The position numbers were made by a program, and so were the translations under genes. The notes beneath the pieces were generated by a model. The model saw only the letters and a list, made by a program, of their open reading frames with translations. It did not search any database and had not been told where the DNA came from. DNA of 32,000 nucleotides from Candidatus Saccharimonadota bacterium (GTDB lineage Bacteria; Patescibacteriota; Gracilibacteria; BD1-5; UBA6164): positions 510,001 to 542,000 of the forward strand of contig OZ245922.1 in assembly GCA_965229705.1 (NCBI GenBank), written 5' to 3'. How positions within the stretch are numbered: position 1 is the first letter of the stretch; each line of letters opens with the position of its first letter. Shown here piece after piece: positions 1 through 9,515 of this stretch.

Positions 1-129
1 TCAAACGATAAAGCTCCTCATCCCAAGATAGAGTCCTACTTTCTCTGATCAGAGAGTAAAATAATCTGCTGATTTTACGAGTCAAAAAAGAGCAGCTCAC
101 AAGACACAAGACCAAAAAAATATGTTCAT
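1..129 (-). CDS. hypothetical membrane protein, N-terminal part only (continues past window start)
   Basis: ATG at 129-127, open to base 1. MNIFFLVLCLVSCSFLTRKISRLFYSL... has a hydrophobic N-terminus. It lies directly downstream of ruvX, where mltG/yceG is often found, but there is too little sequence to call it. Confidence 0.35.
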
Positions 130-139
130 AAAAAAAAGA

Positions 140-523
140 TTACGAAATAATGTCAGTTCATAGGCTATCAAGATATGATTGAAGAATATGCTGCGCTGCA
201 ATATCATCACGATGTTGGTCTCATCACTCATCTGCTACAACGCTTGAAAAGCGTTCATCATGTCAGAGAATAGAAATTTTTGGAAATATATGAGATATTT
301 TTTCTATAAATGCTTCTGTTTTCTTCAATTGTTTTGTATCTTTTCCATACAAGTCATATGGGAGTCCCACCACTATAGTATGAATATTTGGATAGCGTAA
401 AAGTATTTTACGAATTTCTTTTACCAGATATATACGCTGTACAATACCATAAGGAAGTACTATTGATTCTTGAGTAATAGCAATTCATGAACGAGTGTTT
501 CATAAGTCTATAGCGATATACAT
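140..523 (-). CDS. ruvX: YqgF/RuvX-family Holliday-junction resolvase-like nuclease
   Basis: Hand translation with TGA=Gly: MYIAIDLGNTRSGIAITQESIVLPYG...TIVVGLPYDLYGKDTKQ...ILGHDERFSSVVAD. 127 aa, TAA stop at 140-142. Starts 5 nt after the rplI stop. Confidence 0.8.
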
Positions 524-527
524 TCTA

Positions 528-980
528 TTATTTTGCTTGTATATTGAGAAAAATTTTTCCTGCATGGTTTTCTCAGAGATCTACATACACCTCGTACTCT
601 CCAAACTTTGTGAGTTTTCTCTGCGGTATTCAAAAATCAATGTGTTTTTTTGTCAGAGGAAGTTTATATGTTTTCTGTATATATTCTGCAATATCTTTCG
701 GTGTTATTCCCCCAAGAGCTTTTCCGTTTTTTTCGGGGAGATATACATGCATCTTTTCTCAGGAAAGTTTTTGTATGATATCTGCTTTTGATCATAAAAG
801 CATTCGGCGTTCTGCTTCTTGTTTTTTGATCTTTTTTTCATCTTGAGCAGCAAGAGATGCGCTGTAGGGTTTTGCAAGTTTTTTCGGAAAAAGAAAGTTT
901 GTGGCATATCCAGAAGCAACTTCTTTCACTTCTCATGGCTTTGCAACATGCAGAACATGTTCTAAGAAAACAACTTTCAT
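528..980 (-). CDS. rplI: 50S ribosomal protein L9
   Basis: [40 protein letters not shown]... is a typical L9 N-domain. 150 aa with four in-frame TGA codons read as Gly; TAA stop. Confidence 0.9.
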
Positions 981-1002
981 ATAAAAAATATCTTATATAT
1001 CA

Positions 1003-1127
1003 CTTAAGGAGTCTCTGAGAAATAAAAAATATCCAATCCTCTCTAGCTCTACCGAGCCATCTCTCTTTTTGCAAAAGGAGAGATGAAAGGAGTTTCTCAG
1101 AGGTTCCTTAAGGAGACTCTGAAAAAT
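1003..1127 (-). repeat. MITE-like structured intergenic repeat, copy 1 (inverted relative to copies 2 and 3)
   Basis: About 20-nt terminal inverted repeats: CTTAAGGAGTCTCTGAGAAA ... TTTCTCAGAGGTTCCTTAAG. Central hairpin CATCTCTCTTTTTGCAAAAGGAGAGATG. Shares the core CTGAGAAACTCC..TCTCTCC-TTTT..AAA-GGAGAGATGGCTCG(G/A)TAGAG..AGAGAGGATT with 20866-20997 and 24903-25040. Confidence 0.6.
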
Positions 1128-1198
1128 AGAAAAATCTTGTGTAAGAGACCGGTCTCAAGAAAATAAAAAGGAGCTTATCGGATCTTTCCTCAAAAAAA

Positions 1199-2314
1199 TT
1201 ATTCTCCACTTTCTTCGGAGAGAGCTTCTGCTTCTTGCCTCTTTTGTTCTTCGGTTTGTTCGAGTTCTTCTATAGATATTTTCACACCAAGAAGTTCTGA
1301 AGCAAGATTGACATTGATACCTCATCTTCCTACTGCTTTTGCCCTTTCTCCATACGGAATATATGCAACATAACTTTCCTCATCTTCTCACTGTTCTACT
1401 TTTTGAACATCTGCTGGAGTAAGAGATCTCGCAATAAGGTCTCGGATATCATTGCTATTGGGAATAACATCTATTTTTTCCCCACTCAACTCTTCCATAA
1501 CAGCTTTAACCCTCATTCATTTTTGTCCGATGAGTGTCCCTGCTGGATCTATTTCTTCATAGCTACTACTTACAAGAAGTTTTGTCTTCACTCATGCATG
1601 TCGAACAACAGCATCGATACTCACTACTTCTTCTGCTATTTCAGGAACATATTCTGCAAATACTGCTGGAACAAGCTCTGCTCGTTTTCTTGAGAGTATA
1701 ACTTTTGGGAGTGATCATTCTTCTTTGGAAACTTCTGCAACATAGAGATAGAGTCTATTGTCTGCAACATAGTTATCTCTTGGTACTTGCTCACTTTTAG
1801 GGAGTACTACCTGATTTCCATTATAATCAAATATCACTTTCCCTCACTCTACTATATCTACTCGCATGTTCACAACTTCACCTTCTTTTCCAGCGAAAAG
1901 GTCATAAATCTTCTCTTTTTCACTATCAGCTACTTTTTGGATAATTACTTGCCTTGCTGCTTGTGATGCAATTCTTCCAAATATATCTCCCTCTTTTTCG
2001 AGGACTTCATCTGTCACATCTATCTCAATCACATCTCCCTCTTCAAAATCTTCTCCGTCTTCTCCAAGTTCTTCAAAAGATATTTCCATATCTGGATCTT
2101 CTACCTTTTTAACAACTGTTTTTTCAACAGATATCTCGAGCTCTCATGACTCAAGATCAAAGTGTACATTCACATTTTCATCACGGTTTCAAAAGTCTTT
2201 TTTGTATGCTGTTTTCAGTGCGGCTTCTATTATTTCTACCAGTTTTTGTTTTGGGAGCTTTTTCTCTGCGGCAATCATATTTATGGCAGCCTGTATTTTT
2301 TGTATATCTAACAT
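1199..2314 (-). CDS. nusA: transcription termination/antitermination factor NusA
   Basis: MLDIQKIQAAINMIAAEKKLPKQKLVEIIEAALKTAYKKDFG...GRIASQAARQVIIQKV... (S1 domain) ...GTLIGQKGMRVKAVMEELSGEKIDVIP (KH domain). Checked codon by codon from 1846 to 1199 and only TGA interrupts. 371 aa, TAA stop. Confidence 0.9.
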
Positions 2315-2451
2315 AGGAAATATTTAATGATTATTTCTAAAATAAAACGAAGACTTGTTCCCAAATCTCCGTCCTGTCTTTTTTATACATAAGGCAGTGT
2401 ATTTTTTATTTTATAAAAAGCAAACTTTGTTTTGTAACATTTTCATAAAAT

Positions 2452-2480
2452 AAAGAGCCTTCTTCAAAGAAAGCTCTTTT
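2452..2480 (-). terminator. hairpin downstream of ftsZ (candidate intrinsic terminator, could act bidirectionally)
   Basis: AAAGAGCCTTCTT-CAA-AGAAAGCTCTTT imperfect palindrome flanked by A/T runs, 17 nt past the ftsZ stop. Confidence 0.4.
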
Positions 2481-2496
2481 TCATTATATCACTCCC

Positions 2497-3693
2497 CTAC
2501 TTCTTCTTTCTCAAAAATGCTGGCACATCAAGATCTTCGTCATCTCCAAGAGAAGTTGTAGCTCACGGAGCTGGCATTACCCTTGAGTCACTCACGCTTC
2601 TTTTTCCAAACATTCCTCCATTTCTCGCCATATCAGCTGATCTCGCCTCAAGAAAATTTCTATTTGTATTTTCATCAAAACCTGTTGCAACAACCGTGAT
2701 TTTTATTTCTCCTTCATAATCTTCTCGAATAGTAGCTCCAAAAATAATATTTGCATCTGTATCAACTGAGTCTGTGATAACCTTCGCTGCCTCGTCTACC
2801 TCAAACATTGAGAGATCAGTTCCTCCAGTAATATTGAAGAGAAGTCCCTGAGCTCACGCAATCGAAAGATCTAAAAGCGGTGAATCAATCGCTCATCTCG
2901 CTGCTTCTACTGCTCTATTTTCTCATGAACCATAACCAATACCCATAAGGGCTGAGCCAGCATTATTCATCACAGATCGCACATCCGCAAAGTCTACATT
3001 GATGAGTCATGGTTGCGTTATGAGGTCTGATATACCTTGTACCCCCTGATTGAGTACCTCATCAACAATAGAAAAGGCATCAAGAAGAGGAGTCTTTTTA
3101 TCAATAATAGAAAGTATTCTGTCATTTGGTATTGTTATGAGCGTATCAACCTTTTCCTTGAGTTCATCAAAACCATCCATAGCCTTTGTTGTCCTGTTTT
3201 GGCCCTCAAAACTAAAAGGCTTCGTCACAACTCATACCGTAAGCGCTCAAAGTTCTCTGGCAACCTCAGCGACAACAGGCGCTGCACCTGTACCAGTTCC
3301 ACCACCAAGACCACAAGTAATAAATACCATGTCTGCTCACTCAAGATGTGATTTGATCTCTTCCCTGCTTTCTTCTGCTGATTTCTTCCCTATTTCAGGA
3401 CTTGATCACGCACCAAGACCTCAAGTAATCATCTTTCATAGATGAATCTTCTTTTCCGCAAGTGATCCATAAAGAGCCTGCACATCCGTATTCATTACTA
3501 GAAAATCTACTCCCTCAAGTCCTCATTCGATCATGCGGTTCACGGCATTTTGTCATCCACCTCATACTCCAACAACTTTGATACTTGCCACTGGTGAAAT
3601 AGATTCTGAAAGTGGTACTTCCTCTATGGCAGAAGCATTCTTTGGTGCTTTTTTTGAAAGTAAACTTTTCAGTTTATCGTCTCGTATACTCAT
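2497..3693 (-). CDS. ftsZ: cell division GTPase FtsZ
   Basis: [75 protein letters not shown], and the C-terminal [15 protein letters not shown] tail. 398 aa, TAG stop. Supplied fragments 2563-2808 and 3007-3228 are in the same frame, joined through TGA=Gly. Confidence 0.95.
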
Positions 3694-3737
3694 AATAATA
3701 AAAAAAATTAAATAATAATAACATCATTAAAATACCT

Positions 3738-4970
3738 TTACGGCAACATTCTCTTGAATGCTTTCATGATAGAGTGAAAAAATCACATAATATCAATTCT
3801 CAGCGGTCATCCTCCAGAAAAATATTTATTTCCTAAAATGAGACTTCATATGACACCAGAAAATACTGGATCACTCATAGAAGTATCAGTGAGAGATTCT
3901 TTTTCTGTAGGAAGTCCTATAAAAACCGGCAATCTCAATACTCTTTTGGCAACCTCAACAAGTCATTGCTGTTTTGCTCATCAACCTACAATAACTGCTC
4001 ATTCTGGAAGCATTCCATCTCTTCATACTCTTTTGAGTTCTTGAGAGATAAAATATAATATTTCTTCATATCGAGCTGTAATAATTTGTGAAAGATAGAT
4101 ATTTGATATTTCTCATTGTTCTGAGGGAATAATATCAGACAAGTATATTGTTTCTTCCTGAGATTCTTCCTCAGAGAGATCAAGAACCCCATGAGATATT
4201 TTTAGTTTTTCAGCAATATCTATAGAAGTGCGAGCTCACAGAGCAATGTCATTTGTGACGCTATCTCAACCTACAGGAATGATAGTAGAAAAAAGAAGTG
4301 TTCACTCCTCATATACGGTTACTCCCGTAGTCGAAGCTCCTATATCAATACACACTACTCCAAGTTCTTTTTGTCTTTTTGTGAGTATTCCTTCTGGACT
4401 TGCAAGCAGATTTGGATACACATCATAAATCTCTATTCATACATCAGCAATAGACTTTCGTATATTTTCTAAAACATTCTTATTCATAGAAAATATATGT
4501 GCCGAAACCTCGAGTTTACGAGCAGACATTCATACCGGATTTTTGACGCCTTCTTCTAAATCTACGATAAAACTCTCAGGAACAATCTTGAGTACTTCTT
4601 TGTTTGGAAGATCAACACCATTTTTTGCCATATCCAAGACCCTCTCTATATCATCAGATTTTACCTCATCACCAGCAATGGCAATAATTCCTTTTGTTTT
4701 TTGTACTTCAAAAGATGAAGAGTTAAATGATACATATACTCAAGATATCTGTTCTCATGACATCTTCTCTGCTTCTTCAAGAGAAGTATCAAGATTTGCC
4801 TTGAACTCTTCCATATCGAGAATGTTTCCTTTTCGTATAGCATGCGAGTGAGCAACTCATACACCTAATACATGGAAATTTCTGCTTTTTGTTTCCGCAA
4901 AATTCCCAATCACCGTTCGTATTCGAGAACTCCCGATATCCACAGAGGCTATAACTTGTCCATAGTCCAT
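3738..4970 (-). CDS. ftsA: cell division protein FtsA
   Basis: MDYGQVIASVDIGSSRIRTVIG..., GVVCIDIGASTTGVTVYEEGTLLFSTIIPVGGDSVTNDIA..., AVIVGGGAKQQGLVEVAKRVLRLPVFIGLP. 410 aa, immediately upstream of ftsZ. The supplied ORF 3986-4192 is an off-frame artefact. Confidence 0.9.
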
Positions 4971-5197
4971 AAGTCTTTTATTCTATTTTTAAGTGAAATA
5001 AATATATTACTGTTCTCTTTTTTTGTACTTCTTTTTTCCTGTCTAGATAACACTTTTATAAAATCTCACATCCCATTTACGCACAAATTATAAAGGCTTT
5101 TGAGACGGCTCAAAGGAGAATTCTCTAAGTCCTGTGAAAAACAAAAAAATATGCCTTGATTGTTGCAAAAATCAAAAAAGTATGATATTTTCTGACT

Positions 5198-6400
5198 ATG
5201 AAACAAAATAATTTTTTTACACAAATGTTTATATTCATCACTATACTGGTATTTCAACTTGCAGTAGTGTCACTTTTTTTGTATGTGTGAGGTGATATGA
5301 CACTTATGTATAGTGCGAGCATTGTGACAACGAGTCTCATATTTCTGATTATTAGCAGTATCAATAAAAGATACTACGATGCTCCTATAGAAGAGCTTGA
5401 GCTTACTATCAAAAAATTTCTTGTATGATCCCTCAAAGACGAAAAAATTTCTCTGAAGAAAAGTACTAACCCACACCTGAACTATATTACCCTCTTTTTT
5501 AACAAGACGCTTAATACTCTCAAAAATATTAAATCAGAGTTTCTCCACGGAAAAGAAATACGATGAGAAGTAGATCTTGCTCGAGAAATACAAGAAAAAC
5601 TCTTACAAAAAAAACTTCCTGAAGTGCCTCATCTCGAAATAGTATGAAAATCCATTCCCGCAGGTGAGATAGGAGGAGATAGTTTTGATGTTATTTCTCA
5701 GGGAGATAATCACTATATATATGTTGGTGACGCAACAGGTCATGGTGTATGAGCTGGTTTTATTATGATGATGGTCAACTCACTTGTAGGTGCCTACGCA
5801 AAAGTTACTGAAAAATGAAACCATATTCTTGCTCTTACCAATGATATTATAAAGCCACGAGTAAAAGCAAATCTTCTCATGAGCATCCTCATGATTCGCT
5901 GGAATGAAAAAGAAAAAAAGATGTACATGACTGGAGCATGACACGAGTATCTGATGATATACAAACACAAACAACAAAAATGTTTGAGTATCAAATCTGG
6001 GTGAATTGCTCTTGGAATGACAAAAAATATTCACAAAATCCTAAAAGAAAGACAAATCTCTTTTGAAGAAAATGATGTTATTATTCTCTACAGTGATGGT
6101 ATTACAGAAGCTATTAATCGCCCGGAAAAAGATGGAAATGAACAAATGTTTGGAGAAAATTTTCTCATTCAGGCAATAGAAAATTCGCCAAAAGTTGGTC
6201 CTCATGGATTCCGAACTGCTCGAAGTATTTTTCGAAATATCTCTATTCAGCTTTCGGGATTTATGGGCTACAAGCATACACAGCTCGACGATATCACTCT
6301 TATGACAGTACAGTATAAGTCCAAAGATTATAAACTCGAAGACGATTGTAGTGAACTGATGGGAGAGTACTTTACTACTGAATGGAGCTGGGAAAAGTAA
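5198..6400 (+). CDS. membrane-anchored HAMP + PP2C (SpoIIE/RsbU-type) serine phosphatase
   Basis: Two N-terminal hydrophobic segments and a HAMP-like linker. Then IPAGEIGGDSFDV, YVGDATGHGVGAGFIMMMV, LYSDGITEA and DDITLMTVQY. Contains supplied ORF 6017-6400 in frame. Start is ATG 5198 (alternative ATG 5225). Confidence 0.8.
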
Positions 6401-6626
6401 GGGAAATGTTGAAAAACTTCGTATTCCATAGGTTTAGAAATCGCTATTGCATTGCGTGATCTGATAATTAGTAATAGTTGAGGCTTGAATTGATTATAAG
6501 GATGAGCAGCAAATACAATCGATACTTCAACATATTTTTTTGTATGTTTCCCAAAGTTACTTTATTAAGGAATACTCTATATAGTAAAGACAAGTCCCTT
6601 CCCACTTCTTTACAAAGCTGTCCGCA

Positions 6627-6656
6627 AGAGTAATATTTTCAAAATATTACTCTTTT
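6627..6656 (+). terminator. perfect hairpin plus T-run (intrinsic-terminator-like)
   Basis: AGAGTAATATTTT-C-AAAATATTACTCT followed by TTT. It lies about 225 nt after the phosphatase stop and just before the VirB4-like ORF opens. Which transcript it ends is unclear. Confidence 0.4.
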
Positions 6657-6667
6657 AGTATCTCATC

Positions 6668-8551
6668 TTGGATCACAACGAAAAACTCATACAGCTCGTA
6701 TTGCAACGCTACCCTTGAGACGCATATGGATACCAATCTATTACTGAAAAATCAGAAAAAACAGCAAAGAAAACAAAAAAACAAAATGCAAAAGAACAAC
6801 AAACTCAACGTACAGACAATGTGTGAATACTCAATGCAGAAAAAGAATATAAAGGAGCTCTCGCCTACATAAAAGACGCTATAGCCCCTGCTTTTATGAA
6901 GATCTACCCCGACAAAGTACGCATCAATAACACCTTTGCAAAAACCTTCTTCATATACTCATACCCAAATTTCCTCGAATGAAACTGGCTCTCTCCGGTA
7001 ATAAACTGGGATGTAAAATATGATATGAGCTTGTATGTCTACCCTATTGACTCAGCCTTTGTGCAAAAATACCTCCGAAGAAGACTTACCCAATTGCACT
7101 CTGAGAGATCCATCAATGCCGAAAAATGACTTATCAATGATCCATGACTCGAGGCGCAAATCCAAGACGTTGAAGAACTCAGGGCAAAACTCACTCGTGG
7201 TATGGAAAAATATTTTCATATGTGACTCTATATCACTGTATACGCTGAAGAAGAAGAAAAACTCCAACGCGTAGGAAAAGATATAGAAACTCTCCTTGCC
7301 TGAAGAAATGTCTTACAAAAACAGTCATATCTCAGAGCTGAACAATGATTTATCTCGACATGACCTTTTGCAAAAGACGAGCTTGGCGTGTACAGAAATA
7401 TCTCTACAGGAGGACTCTCAACAACATTTCCTTTTTCATCAAGCACCCTGTCCCATGATGATGGGATACTCTACTGAGTAAATACTCATAATAATTCTCT
7501 GATACTTTATGATCGCTTTCGAAGCGAGAATGCAAATATGTGCGTATTTGCAAAATCTGGTTCTGGAAAATCTTTTGCCGTAAAGCTAGAAATACTCCGC
7601 ATGCTGATGATGTGAATTGATGTGATTGTTATAGATCCCGAAAATGAGTACAAACCTCTCGTGGATACCGTCTGAGGAAGCTATCTCGATGTCAATCTCA
7701 ACTCAAATGAGCGAATCAATCCCTTTGATCTCCCGCTTGGGATGAAAGATCATGAAGAAAAACCCGGCGATCTCCTGCGCTCCGCAGTGATCAATATCTT
7801 ATGACTTATGAATCTTTTGTTGGGAAAACTCTCTGCCGAAGAAGAATCTATTATGGAAAAAGCGCTCATAACAACGTATTCTCTTAAGTGAATTACCACT
7901 GAAGATGATAGTATTAGTTGAAAAGATATTCCTGTCATGCAAGACTTGCAGGATGTTCTCGAAACAATGGATGGAGCAAAATCACTCGTCACGCGCATGG
8001 AGAAGTATACCTCCTGAATATTTGCTGGAATATTCTCAAAGCCTACCAATATAAACCTCAAAGAATGACTTCAAGTATTTTCAGTGCGTGATCTAGATGA
8101 AGTTCTCAGGCCAACAACTATGTATGTCATACTCAATTATATATGGAATATGGTCAGAAGTAGTAACAAGAAGCGTATTCTCGTCATAGATGAGGCTTGG
8201 AATATTATGCAACATGAGGATAGTGCCAAGTTTGTTTTTGGACTCGTAAAGCGGGCTCGTAAATACAATCTCTGAGTCACAACTATTACGCAAGATGTTG
8301 AAGACTTTGCTGCAAGCACCTATGGAAAGCCCGTGATTACCAACTCTTCTATTCAGGTGTTACTCAAGCAGTCTTCTGCCTCTATTGATGCACTCAAAAA
8401 TATCTTTAAATTGACGGAACAAGAGAGTCATATACTCCTCAACTCTGCTGTTGGTCAGTGACTCTTTTTTGCAGGATCAGAACATGTTGGTATTCAAGTA
8501 TTGGCATCTTTTTATGAAGAACAAATTGTAAGTACCAATCCAAATAAATAG
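6668..8551 (+). CDS. VirB4/TrbE-like type IV secretion (conjugation/pilus) ATPase
   Basis: N-domain YIKDAIAPAFMKIYPDKVRINNTFAKTFFIYSYPNFLEGNWLSPVI. Walker A is VFAKSGSGKSFAVKLE. RILVIDEAWNIMQHEDSAKFVFGLVKRARKYNLGVTTITQD follows; TAG stop. The frame opens after TAG 6656-6658. There is no early ATG, so TTG 6668 is only a guess at the start. Confidence 0.75.
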
Positions 8552-8611
8552 GTTTTTTAAAAAAATCATGATTTTTTTTTGCTTTTTTATTTTTTATTGT
8601 GTATAATAACT

Positions 8612-8721
8612 GTGCTGGTGTCTTCTCTCGCGTTCTCGCAACATCTTCCTCCCAAACGCGGAAGAATGACATCAGCACCTATTTTAGCCTCCTTGTACTT
8701 AGGAGGCTTTCTTGTTTTTTT
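8612..8721 (+). ncRNA. candidate small structured RNA (unknown family) or structured rplK leader
   Basis: TTGCTT-17nt-TATAAT promoter-like pair at 8579-8607. Long imperfect hairpin at 8612-8678 (GTGCTGGTGTC...GACATCAGCAC, inner TTCTCTCGCG/CGCGGAAGAA). Clean terminator at 8686-8721 (AGCCTCCT-TGTACTT-AGGAGGCT plus T-run). Confidence 0.3.
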
Positions 8722-8890
8722 ATTTGCTTTTTGGATGATTTTTTTTAGAATCCTCCTGCTTCTAAAAATCCTCTAATAGAGGTCTTCAATATTATGTTCT
8801 GGGGGCATTATTTTCCCGAATGAGCCGTCATGTAAGGATATTATTTGAAGTTTTAAGGATACGTAATTTTCTATATATTTACTCAAAGTT

Positions 8891-9358
8891 ATGGCAAAAG
8901 AAATAAAAGGATACATTAAACTCCAAATTAATGGTGGTCAGGCAAATCCAGCTCCACCGGTAGGTCCAGCGCTTGGTCAGTACTGAGTCCCTATTCAAGA
9001 CTTTACTTCACAGTTTAATGAAAGAACAAAAGACAAGATGGGAGTAAAACTCCCTGTCGTGATTACTGTATATGAAGATCGAAGTTTTGAGTTTATCGTT
9101 AAAGAGCCACCTGCAAGTACGCTTGTAAAAGGAAAACTCAATCTCAAGTCAGGTTCTGCTGTCCCACAAAAAGATAAGGTGGGGCACCTAAGTTTTGACG
9201 CTCTCAAAGAGCTTGCAGAACAAAAACTTCCAGACTTGAACGCCTATGATCTTGCTGGTGGAATGAAAACGATTATGGGAACTGCTCGAGCGACAGGGGT
9301 CACAACAGATATAGATGAAATGACTCTTGCTGATTTGAGAGAAAAACTGGCAGCATAG
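8891..9358 (+). CDS. rplK: 50S ribosomal protein L11
   Basis: [51 protein letters not shown]... with one TGA=Gly. Continues into supplied ORF 9038-9358. 155 aa, TAG stop. Confidence 0.9.
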
Positions 9359-9440
9359 TGGAATTATTTTTTCTCAAGTGTTTCACTGATAATTCTTTAC
9401 TTAATAAAATGAATATATCAAGAAAGGACTTGAGATGTAT

Positions 9441-9515
9441 GCTCCTATCGTCTAGTGGTTAGGACACAGGATTCTCATTCCTGGAACCGGGGTTCGATTC
9501 CCCGTGGGAGTACCA
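9441..9515 (+). tRNA. tRNA-Glu (anticodon CUC), CCA encoded
   Basis: Hand-folded cloverleaf. Acceptor GCUCCUA/UGGGAGU, D-arm GTC-TAGTGGTTAG-GAC, anticodon arm CAGGA-TTCTCAT-TCCTG, T-arm CGGGG-TTCGATT-CCCCG, discriminator A, CCA. Confidence 0.85.

Noticed and set aside
1145-1156. Perfect 12-bp palindrome GAGACCGGTCTC downstream of nusA, considered as a terminator.
   Set aside because: It has no loop and no T-run in the correct orientation. It may be a restriction-type site or chance, and it is not supported as a terminator.
3037-3445. Supplied plus-strand ORFs of 104 and 131 aa (and 3533-3715).
   Set aside because: They are antisense to ftsZ and are low-complexity translations with no motif. 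They are artefacts of an open antisense frame.
6437-6475. ATTGCATTGC-containing stretch resembling the 3' coding region of the serine recombinases (possible scar of a third element).
   Set aside because: Only about 10-15 nt of similarity, with no adjacent tRNA, no extended alignment and no ORF. It is too short to distinguish from chance in AT-rich DNA.
6502-6633. 43-aa plus-strand ORF (MSSKYNRYFNIFFCMFPKV...) ending in the terminator hairpin.
   Set aside because: It has no motif and odd composition, and the AAGGA sits immediately against the ATG. I kept it only as context for the unassigned 6400-6660 spacer.
8612-8678. Possibility that the long hairpin is the 4.5S/SRP RNA.
   Set aside because: On neither strand could I find the conserved domain IV pattern (GNAR tetraloop flanked by AGG...GGAAGCAGC-like loops). 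Only vague resemblances exist (TTCTCGCAAC, GGGAGGAAGATG).
8579-8776. Supplied 65-aa hydrophobic ORF upstream of rplK; I considered a SecE-like small membrane protein.
   Set aside because: It needs a TTG start or shrinks to 36 aa. It shows no SecE-like motif and is laid over a strong hairpin and a terminator, so an RNA-level explanation seems likelier. This is not fully excluded.
9441-9515. Both recombinase-adjacent tRNAs have a G1-U72 wobble at the top of the acceptor stem. I wondered whether the element had replaced a native C72.
   Set aside because: The orphan tRNA-Glu 3' fragment at 18395-18405 carries the same T, so the repeat copies give no evidence for replacement. It may simply be native to these tRNAs, and my hand fold could be off by one base.
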